The notes under the pieces are model-generated. The model searched no databases, was not told the origin of the DNA, and saw nothing but the letters and a program-made list of their open reading frames with translations. Below, in pieces: positions 51,016-61,790 of a stretch of 64,000 nucleotides of DNA. The stretch covers positions 1 to 64,000 of the forward strand of contig KZ538040.1 in NCBI GenBank assembly GCA_000934665.2, in the 5' to 3' direction. Made by a program: the position numbers and the translations under genes. The stretch is from Catajapyx aquilonaris. Taxonomy: Eukaryota. Within the stretch, counting starts at the first letter, position 1. Every line of letters begins with the position of its first letter.

Positions 51016-52918
51016 AGTTTGCTTTCCCTCATTTCCTTGTAGTGTGTATCTAGAGTCCCTCTCTCATCCAACTCTGCTGCTTCTGACTGGTCCATTTTTG
51101 CATCTTATTTTTCTCATTCATTCTGTTCCCTCCGTCCTCCTCTTTCCCAGGCAAACATTTCCCAACAAGAGAAGCGAGCTGACTCATCACCAAGCCAGGA
51201 GTCGTCAAGTGCACTTTGCACTACTTGGCACAAAGAGGCGTCGTCATTGCCACCTTTTGGAAATTGGAAATCTTGAAGTCTCTCGCTTGCCAGGGGTAAG
51301 TTTTCTAGGAAGGAAGAAAAGGAACCCGGAGAGAGATGGCTGCTTTTCAGCCTCTTGCAAGAAGAGGCTCGGAGAGTCGCCGTTTTGACAGTGTAATTAA
51401 TCTCTGGGAAGTTCTTGCAAATAAGGAGACGCTAATTAGCAACGTGCTCTCCCATTTTCAATTATTCCGATCATTTCAAGTATGATGGCACGTGTTGCTT
51501 ATACTGTTCAAGCATATGCACTAATCACTGTTACTTTTGAGCAGAAATAGCAGCAATTATCATATAATTAGCGAGTGCACAAAATGATCTCACGTTTGCC
51601 ACAAGTCCATGAGTCTTTCTTTCTCAAAACGGATATTCAGGATCGGGACCCCCAATAAAACCCCAGGGGCCAAACGCCTTCCTTTTCACTGTCGGGGTCC
51701 CTAATTTCCAGATATAACAGTTCGTAATTATGACTCCAAATGCCACCAATTTTCCTCCATCCCAGCGTCCGCAATTATGCGGGCCTCTTCTCTGCGGGGA
51801 TTACCTTGGGAAATTCCTGTTTCGTAATTCCATTCCGTACATTGTAAAGGGGGCGGATATAAAGCGTGCAGGTCTCATCTGTAAAAGTACGGCGACGAAA
51901 GGAATCATTTGGGGGGGGGGGGGGGGNTGAAAAAGAGTTTTCGGCACGCGCACTTCCTACCCACATGATTGATAAATTTGGCAATGTTGAGACTATGAAT
52001 GGGGGCACTCTACAAGACATGGAAAGTTTGGGCTTGGAGTGGATCAAGTTGGAGGCAAGGACTGATCATATGTTTGCAAGAGTGTCACGTTTATTGAATT
52101 TTACTTGGAGCATACCCACTTTTCATTTGAAGATATTGTGCAATTTTTAACTTCTTTTTTTTTTGTGAAATTTCTGAACAGTTCGGTCCTGCAATATTCG
52201 GGAGTTTAAGCAATGAGGAATGATAATATTATCATACTTCGAAACTCTCCGTGGGTTGAATAAATCGATTTAAGCAATTTCTCACAAGCCAGCTACTTTC
52301 TGCGCCAACCGCTGAGAATTCACACTTTAAAAAAAATAACTGACTCTGGTTACAAGCCAAACTATGTAATGCTACAGTCAATTTAGAGCAAATTTACATA
52401 CCGGTAGGAAATTCACTGTACAGTACAGGAAGTGAGCCAGAGCGCATTTCCGAAATTGTTGATTTGAATTTTAAATGCGGCATGACCAGATTACCTTGAC
52501 ACCATCACCTTGCCTCGAGACAGTACATCAAGCGTCGGAATGTACCGAAACCGGTACTGCACAAACATTGCTTAATTATCCTTGGTGCAACATCCTTGAA
52601 GAAATACTTCCCCCCCGAAGCATCTGATAAATCAATCCATTAAGTGATATGGGGGCGGATCCTGCACGTGTTTATTAACCATCCAGTGATAAGACTAAGA
52701 AAATGCATCTTTGTGTGGTGTCTGCGTTGTGTGTAACCCAAGCTTGCGCCGAGGGTTTCTGGCCGGGCAAAAGAGCAGCTGGCTTCGGGGGACTCTGGCT
52801 GTTCGATGCGGGCTTGGCTCAGTCGTGGTTGGGAGCCCGGAGTGAACGGACGGGCCTGTTGCAACTCTCTGGTTCGGTGGAAGCCACGCTGCCAGCACCG
52901 GTGTTTGCACTAGGAACA

Positions 52919-53214
52919 CTTGCGTCGACAACTTGCGGTTGATTTGCGCTGGCAAGTTGCGACGGACTTGCGGTGGATTTGCGTTTGCAAGTTGCGTCGG
53001 ACTTGCGGTGGATTTGCGTCGACAAGTTGCGTCGGACTTGCGGTGGATTTGCGCTGGCAAGTTGCGTCGGACTTGCGTCGGACTTGCGACAGACTTGCGG
53101 TGGATTTGCGTCGACAAGTTGCGTCGGACTTGCGGTGGATTTGCGCTGGCAAGTTGCGTCGGACTTGCAGGGGACTTGTGCGATTTGTGGAGCGTGACTT
53201 GCGTCGGACTTGCG
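52919..53214. repeat. 35-bp minisatellite composed of TTGCG-cored subunits
   Basis: GACTTGCGGTGGATTTGCGTCGACAAGTTGCGTCG, about 7-8 copies with variants. Confidence 0.95.
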
Positions 53215-54919
53215 AGTACAGCCAAATTGGGACTGATTTTTATTCGCGGTGGCAGATGTTACCGGTCGGATCGCTTCTTATGCAAATGTGCGCGGCCACT
53301 GTGTAAACCCTTGATAAAAAGGAACTCTGGACTAGTGTGGTCGTGACCACTTTATCCGGGGAGGCCTTTCACACAGGGTCTTTTTGAATGCGGGACACGG
53401 GTGCTCCACCTCACAATTAACACTCCAGAAAATCTGGAGGAGGCTTCAGACTTTCCAGTAGTGTCAACATTGGCCATTTTTTTTTAACGGAGGACTTCTT
53501 CCGGATCGGGGGTCTATATAAAAAGTGAATGTTCTCGAGGACTTGGAGGAAGGTGATCGTTTATGCAAGCCGTTTGCGGGTGAGTACATAACCGCAGATC
53601 CGGATCGAACCCACTTTGCAGCCGTCAACATTCCGGTTTTTGACTTGGGTACCGAAAAAATTCGATAAAGTTTTATGCGGTCTTTGTACCTAGCACTTGT
53701 ATTCTTCTAAGTCACGGACCGTACGTGACCAAGCAGCCACAAAGTGAAATGTGACACCCCGGATATGCGACATGTATTATTTTTTTTTGAAGTCGATTAT
53801 GCAGATTTTTGAGCCAACTTTGATTGAATCACCTTGCAGTTCTGTGAATGTCAGAAATTTGCAATCCATCCGGGATGTCCTGGGACATCGAATTTGTGAT
53901 ATTGACAGACCGGTCATTAAAACGGACCCCCAACTAGTATTGGACAGATAATTAGATCATTGGAAACAATGCTGAATTTTTTAGGGGTGGACCCCGGAAG
54001 ATGTACTGTTTTTTTGCGAATTTTTTTTGCGAGCGTGTTAGATAACTGGGATGTCACATATGGCCCACACCACCAACGGAAGCATAAAGCGTGAAGAGGT
54101 ATCATTTCATTACACCGACCAACTGACGCCCAGCTGGACACTTTTCCAGCTTTCAATTACCCATCCGGATTTTTTACGCGTCAAGAAAAGTCGCTTGTTA
54201 AATGCACGAGAGCAGAAAAAATGTGTCGCAAAATTGCGTAAACGATGTGATATTGTTTAACTAGGAACAATATTTTTTGGGTGGAGCGAGCCGGCTGCCA
54301 ATGCTGGATGATTTATGCACTATTTTAACCTTTCACCTCAGGGCTATAAATTTGTGAGAGGTTATATGAACTATTGCAGCCGGAGATTTTTTTTTTCAGT
54401 GGCGAAAATTGACATTTTAATAAACGCGTGCAGGTGACGAAACGTGCGAATGAAGTCTAATAAAAAGCTATGTAAAGCCAAACGTCATTTTTTTGCAACA
54501 CTCTGCACAACATATGGGTTTGCATAATTTAAGTTGGTACTGTCGAAATTGCGCCCTGCAGTAAAATCAGTTCTATTTGCAGGGCAAAAAATGCATTTTT
54601 ATCAGAAATCAAACTTGAATCATATCATGTACGGTACATATCGTAGTCGGAATTACGTTCAAGCCTATATTTTGCAATTTATTTTAATTTATGTTTTTTT
54701 TTGCCACATTTTTCTCTTTAGTTAGTACGCATTTTATATGACATTAACCTTTATGGTCCGGTTGCACGAACGCCAGAAAAATAATAATTTCCATCTGTAA
54801 AAGAGCATGAAAATTATGCTCGAACAAAATAATACATTAACATCACTTTTTGATCATTTCCTGCTGGAAAATTTGTCTGTGGACGATACAACCACACATA
54901 CTGATAAAACCTATTTTTT

Positions 54920-55135
54920 GATTTATTTTGACGCGCATTTAGTTTAATTTTTTATTTTATTTGCCATTATTTGATTTCATTTTTGTTTATTATTTATTTA
55001 ATTTGTTATCACTTTAATTTCATTTTTGTTTATTATTTATTTAATTTGTTATCACTTTAATTTCATTTTTGTTATTTTATTTTATTTTGTTGTTATTATT
55101 TATTTCCCTTTGTTATTATTTATTTATTTATGTAC
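54920..55135. repeat. T-rich tract with a ~43-bp exact duplication
   Basis: ATTTCATTTTTGTTTATTATTTATTTAATTTGTTATCACTTTA twice in tandem. Confidence 0.85.
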
Positions 55136-56944
55136 CACAAAATGATAATTTATTATTCAACCTACAGTATAGTTCTTTTAAACTATAAGAGCCTCGCCTT
55201 TGCACACTAAAAATGTCCACAACTTTTGCATCAGCAATTATTCACTCAATTATTATTCGCTGAATAGCAAATAGCCTTACATGAAGACGCAAGAGTACTG
55301 AATATTTTTTAAAGGTAATATCCTACTTTTTTTTCTACGCATTGTGTCCACCAGGGAAGGAATGTCTCGCAAGTCGATGAATATCTAATCAGAAACGCTG
55401 CGTTGCAAATTTTGCACTACTGCCTTTGTGCTTCAAAATGTTGGGTTGGTGTGAGCATAGAGCGAATTCCGGGTAACTTTGCCCCCCCCCCCCCTCTCTC
55501 TCGAAATGATATTAAAACCCATCCCCCACAACCCCTTTGACTTCCTTCCCTGGTAGAAATTCGGCCCCGGGGCATCCCAGAAAAGGCCTGCATTGCAATG
55601 ATGCATTTCAACAGAGGCATAGGTGGGGAAAACGCGTGAAATATGGGGTCCCCATGGATACCCCTCCCCACCATGCCAGGACACCCCTTATCCGGGGAGG
55701 GGTAGGCCATTGTTATAGGCCCGGTTTTTGGCATTGTGTCCTCCCCCATGTTCCCCTATCTGGACCAACGGTGTCTTTTTTTTTGGGCGCGCGAAATTTG
55801 GCGGACGCGGTTAATCGGGCGGGAATAGATATGTCCGATAAGGGTTTATACCCCATGTGGGTAGGTTGATGTGAGGGTGGTGTTAGGGTGTTTAAAAAAA
55901 AAGAGGGAACCAAATTTTTATAGAGGGTGCAAAAATTTTGGGCGCAACTGGAACACCTGTATGCTTCGGTTTATGGCCCGGAAAAAGTGCTAAGCTAGGT
56001 ATTAACGATCTTATCTCTCTAATGTGTGAGGGACATGTGAGCAATCTTGCAACATTACGTAACATGCATGAAATTGGCAACAATTTTTTTTCTGTGCCCA
56101 CAGTACAGTACATATACCTATAGTCTAACAAACGGAACTTTGAACTACGCCGCAGGCTGCCATGTATTTATGCGGAAACATTTTTAGCATGACTACTGAC
56201 CAGGTGCGCTCAAGTTGTTAGTCAAGGCACACACTCATACATGAACATGAAGCTGGAAAATATGCTCATATGGTCGGGCATACATACCACCGATAATGAT
56301 CATAAAACGCGCCTATAAGTAGGCTCCAATTAATGAAAATGCAACATATATAAAAGTGAAAGTTTGACTGTTCGTTTGTTTGTTCGTCCAGGTATAGTTG
56401 CCATAATAAAGTAAAATGAAACAGTCGAAATGAATGACAATTGATGTGTTAATAGTATAACAGATTGTGAAGATTGCAAGATTCGAACAATATCATTTCT
56501 TTACAAAAAAATTTTGTGACCTCCTGTGTGTTTGTTTCCCCCACCCCCGCCTCGTGATTTATGCCCCGTACCGGTATAGCCCGAACGGCACTCACGTTTC
56601 CCGATTGTGATCACGACTTCCAGGATTGCTGCGAGGGTGACGTAAGCCCAAGTTCATTCACATTCCTTCTTCCAGACACCTGTACACTTCGATTACATCT
56701 GGTGTGTGTGGGGGGGAAAGGAAGAAGAAGAAGAAAAAAAAGGTCATGATCTTTCGTGTAGCGGAACACAAACAGATGCGTTTTCACCAAAAGACACGCA
56801 CGTTTTCACATACACACAACACCTGACCCAACTTTACGCCTTAGAAAAAGGGTGGAGGTCACGCATAAACTTTGGGTTGACATATGTGCGATATGTCAGC
56901 CCATTGACCTACTGCAAAAAAACGGCTGTTAAGTTATGGCGAAA

Positions 56945-57045
56945 TCATATAGAATTGGCTTGAGTCTGTGCCTCTGTTTATCCGCGGTGAGTCATTAGCA
57001 CGACCCTGAGAGTGGCAGTATATGTGAGGGATATGGTACTCCTTG
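56945..57045 (+). mobile_element. Family A Helitron-like fragment (closest to consensus)
   Basis: A^TCATATAGAATTGGCTTGAGTCTGTGCCTCTGTTTATCCGCGGTGAGTCATTAGCACGACCCTGAGAGTGGCAGTA. Confidence 0.7.
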
Positions 57046-57179
57046 CCAAAAGTTAGACCAGCTATACACTACCCACAGCCAAGAGCCACAGCCTATAACT
57101 TCTCAAAAATTAAAAAAGGCATGTCCTAACATGTAGGGTTTCGTAATAGGATTTCTTATGGACCGCACTGTACCCACCT

Positions 57180-57222
57180 ATCTGATTGGTGGAGCAGAGG
57201 CCCTCTGCTCCACCAATCAGAT
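57180..57222. repeat. Perfect 21-bp palindrome with 1-nt spacer
   Basis: ATCTGATTGGTGGAGCAGAGG-c-CCTCTGCTCCACCAATCAGAT. Confidence 0.95.
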
Positions 57223-59159
57223 CATTGAGGGTCTCCGGAGGTGACAGCCTCCTCCTTTTTTGAGAAAGTCATGCTGTAGAAGGCTCAATTTAAGGTCAGT
57301 TTAACTTAAAAAATTATTACGACAAGTCGAAGTGTTCTTTACAGCAGACATAGTCGTAACCATCAGATAACAGCTAAAATACAACTGTGTTTCATACCTT
57401 GCGAATCAGGTAAACTACACGTTGGAATTTTTACAGGGTGAGCAACTCGGTGTGTGCAATGGCATTAAATACTAGATGGCGCAAAAAAAAATTGCGGACA
57501 TCGACAATTAATTTCTCAAGTCTTTCTAATGCAAAAGGTTCATTGAAATTCGGGACAGCTAGTACCTGGACCTGTATGGGGGCCCAGGTGGCTACCTATT
57601 AGAATTTTTTATGTGTGTTTTTGGACGTCTCAAGAAGTCTCACGTATTCTGTCTTTCTGCACCGAGATGAAGCTCACCGGGAGGTATATTTTTGGTGGGG
57701 AGGGTAAGGGAGGAGGGACCACAAATAATAAGTGGGTAAGTGCAGAGTTATGTGGCAGGGAACACCCACGTGGGGAGTTAATAATTCCGCGGGTTCGTTT
57801 GATTACTCATTAGCACGGAAGCGTACTCGTTTTCCTACCGATAAATTATTAGGATCCCGAGAGTCGTTCCCAGAGGCCATGTTTTATACCAGAGTATACG
57901 TATATGCTATGTACACGTTTCCTGCACTCTAGAGTTAGTTAAAAGGCTCGATTTTATGCGGAAAATTTACTTAAAATTACGGCTTCAACTAAAGCTGGAA
58001 AGTGAGCGAAATGCACTCAAAACGTGCTCAGCATTTTTAATTATACATCTTAATATGACGTGTGCACCAAATGTCTGGTGTGTTCCTTCCGTTATAAATA
58101 ATTATTATGAGTGGAAAAACCACAAGTTGAACTCTACATAGCACTATAACTAGTACATTAGGTAACTGTTGCAAATAAAATTTGTAAATATATAAATATT
58201 AGTAAGTAGGATAAAATATACACATTAATTATTACAATAACTACAACTACATGTAATGTAATTTCCAAAATTATATCTTAAATTGCCAAAATGGCTACAA
58301 TATATTATCGAACCTCCATGTGTATGTCAACAATATCCAATTTGGTAACCGTGTCTGCTTCGGTATGTTTTTACTCCGCAGGTGATTTAACAATACACGC
58401 CCGTGTAATGTACAAGTACTAATAATGGCAGTACAATCCAAACTAATTTGCAGATTAATTGGTTGAGACGGGGGGGAGGGGTGCCGTTTACAATGCGGGG
58501 AGGGTTTCACTCACTCAAAATCAGATGGCGCGAATATAATGCGGGCACCACATATGGGTTGACCCCTGGGTGAATAATGAGGGCATGGTACCCAGCAGCC
58601 ATCTTGACTAAAAACCCAACACAGACAGGCCTGGAAATAAAGGTGTCCCGTATCCTAGCCGCGCGATAAATCTTGATAAAAAGCAGTGACTTACCCGCTA
58701 GCTAGAGGAGAAAATGAGGGGAAAAGTAGTGAAAAACACGAGGGTCTGCTTTCAGCGTAGCCCCCTGATGAAAAGCTTTCGCCTGCTTACGACACCGGGC
58801 TCGTAATAAATCCACATGAAGTGGTCGCCTATATATACGTGGATATATACACCTCTCCCTACTCTCACAGTTTTTTTTTTTTTTTTTTTTTCAAAAAAAG
58901 GGAGCCCCGGAAAAAAGGTGAAAAGAGCTCACTGCAAATGGGAAGGCGCTGTTTTTTTATGACGTGTTAAAACGTCTCACTTCGCATGTTCCTTTTGTCC
59001 CCGCTGCTTTTATTTCTCAGCCCTCTGATTAAATTTTGGTGTTTGTTCTCGTATTTTTTGTTTTGTTTGGAGAACAAGTTTTTGGCGGAGGGAAAAAGTC
59101 AACACCCGTAGGACCTCAAGTTGTTATTTCTCAGCCTGCCAGGGCTAGTCTTATACATA

Positions 59160-59732
59160 TGACCAATCAGGGCTCTGGCTTATGATGGCCAATCGGGGAT
59201 GGTCTTTACTACAGCTGGCCAATCATGGGTCGCTTCTGGTGATGGCCAATCAGGGCTGGTCTTACAGCAGCTGGCCAATAAGGGCTCACTTCTGGTGATG
59301 ACCAATCAGGGATGGTCTTACAGCAGCTGACCAATCAGGGCTCACTTCTGGTGATGACCAATCAGGGATGGTTTTACTACAGCTGGCCAATCATGGCTCC
59401 TTCTGGGGATGGCCAATCAGGGCTGGTCTTACAGCAGCTGACCAATCAGGGCTCACTTCTGGTGATGACCAATCAGGAATGGTCTTACTACAGCTGGCCA
59501 ATCATGGCTCGCTTCTGGGGATGGCCAATCAGGGATAGTCTTACAGCAGCTGGCCAATCAGGGCTCACGCGCTCACCTCTGGTGATGACCAATCAGGACT
59601 AGTGTTACTACAGCTGACCAATTGTGGATCGCTTTTTATGGTGGCCAATCAGGGGTGGTCTTACAACAGCTGGCCATTCAGAGTTCGCTGCTTCTGATGG
59701 CCAATCAGGAATCACTGGCTTGACCAATCATG
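59160..59732 (+). repeat. CCAAT-box minisatellite (56-bp dimer of 27+29-bp units)
   Basis: CCAAT at 59219, 59246, 59275, 59302, 59331, 59358, 59387, 59413, 59442, 59469, 59498, 59525, 59554 and others; about 20 in all, mostly as TG[AG]CCAATCAG. Confidence 0.95.
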
Positions 59733-61394
59733 CCTCAGCTGGCGTTTTTCATATAATAACCAATGGCAAATAATGGCTCATGGTTCTCATTGTTGCGGCT
59801 CTGAATCAGTACAGTGAATATTCAGTACGTTTGTTTCGAATTGTGACATTTTCATGCTCACATGGTTCATGACCTCCCCTCCTCCCAACTTATTATTCAA
59901 CCGAGTTTCTCTTTAAACAGGATAAAGCGCAAAATGAAGTCCAGCACGCGGTTCACTGTGCAATTGAAATCTGTGGAAAAAAAAACCGTGTGTTGGGTTG
60001 GGCAGCTGGAGCAGTTGCGATAAATTCCCGAATTTGCATCCAGTCAATTTTTATCCCCCCCTACACATGACAGGACCACGCATAATGTGACGTACAGCGT
60101 GTGCAAGAATGCTGTGCGTGGATATATTAAAACGCATGTCACAATGAAAGCTTCTAACTAAAAAAGTCGAGCCATAAAAGTGAAAGCAAGGCAGGTTCTC
60201 CAAGTCGGAAATAAAGTTGATGGAACACTCCCAAGACGCCATTTGTATTCATCCAACATGTGGAGAGAAAAAAATTTATTTACGATCTCCCCTGGACTTT
60301 GAGCATTGTTGGTGTCACACACCTGGTGATGACAGTACAAAGTAAAGGCCGGTCAATCTCCCTACAAGGCGATGCAATTTTCTGTTTTTTTGTGTTGTTT
60401 CTCCAACAATGCATTTAGTGAATTTGAATTTTGTTGCCCAGTTTGCATTGGGGGTCTTGCCTGCGGTTGTCCGGACTCGTAGTTTCCATTAGCCTCGGAG
60501 GTTGGGGGGTCAGTATTTTGGACAGATCCAATATTATGGGGGCTGGATATGTGGACTTACAGTACATGTTGGTAGCCCTAGGATCACACAGAATTTTCAA
60601 GAATACATGTCACATCATGTCAATCTTTTGATGGATATGTCCGGTTCAATTCGGACGTGTGCTATTCTAATTATTGCGATTGTGATTTTTCGGACAAGGC
60701 AATAAAAGCAAAAAGATCATTTTAAAAATGCATCATCGATGATGATCAGACGAAAAAGATGACATAGCAAGTGTCAATATTTCTTTCCGGGCCATGTCAC
60801 TCCCAGGGGAGGTTGAATAGGGAAATTCAGGCTGTGTTGCAACGCAGGAAATGAAAACGTGCATTGATTTGGGTTGGGTGCTGTCGAGAGAAGGGGGGCG
60901 CTTACATTGATAAGAGCTTCCGACATGTCATTCAAAAGTTTGGGTCGTCCCCCCCTCCCTAGCTGCTACCATGGAACCTGTCCGGGTGTCACTTGCCCGG
61001 ACAATAGGGTGGGATTGTCCTGAGAAAGGATCCGGTGTCGCACACCCTTCACCCCAAAAAATGGGTATGGGGGGAGGGGGGGGACTGCCAGTTGGACGGT
61101 CAATCCGGAGAGCTTATAATTGAGAAAACCTTTCCATTCAAGGTGATTGTTGTCTCACGATGCGGGCCTTAATTAAGCTTTGGATTGTTATGAGGGGGAG
61201 CCCCCCGGAAGCTAATCGTGTTCGCTTGTCACTTTGCGCACACGACTTTTGCAGGGAGGGACACATTTTGTTGGGGACGTGTGGCACCTGCATTGAGGTA
61301 ATTCTGATGCACTCAGGACCTCACATGTCATCTTCATTTTCTTGCATTTTGAGGGCATCGAACCTAGAGTGGAAGAGAGGGGAAAAAATAGAAT

Positions 61395-61790
61395 AAAAAT
61401 AGTTAAAATAAAATACTAGTACATACACAAAAATAGTTAAAATAAATTAATAGTTAAAATACTAGTACATACACAAAAAGTTAAAATAAATTAATAGTTA
61501 AAATACTAGTACATACACAAAAATAGTTAAAATAAATTAATAGTTAAAATACTAGTACACACACAAAAATAGTTAAAATAAATTAATAGTTAAAATACTA
61601 GTACATACACAAAAATAGTTAAAATAAATTAATAGTTAAAATACTAGTACATACACAAAAATAGTTAAAATAAATTAATAGTTAAAATACTAGTACATAC
61701 ACAAAAATAGTCAAAATAAATTAATAGTTAAAATAAACAGTCAAAATAAATTAATAGTTAAAATAAACAGTCAAAATAAATTAATACAGC
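61395..61790. repeat. 46-bp AT-rich minisatellite (~7 copies) decaying into a shorter repeat
   Basis: AAAATAGTTAAAATAAATTAATAGTTAAAATACTAGTACATACACA; CTAGT at 61416, 61462, 61506, 61552, 61598, 61644 and 61690. Confidence 0.95.

Noticed and set aside
52695..53346. Overlapping 68-176 aa ORFs in several frames on both strands
   Set aside because: They arise from a stop-poor 35-bp minisatellite whose unit is not a multiple of three.
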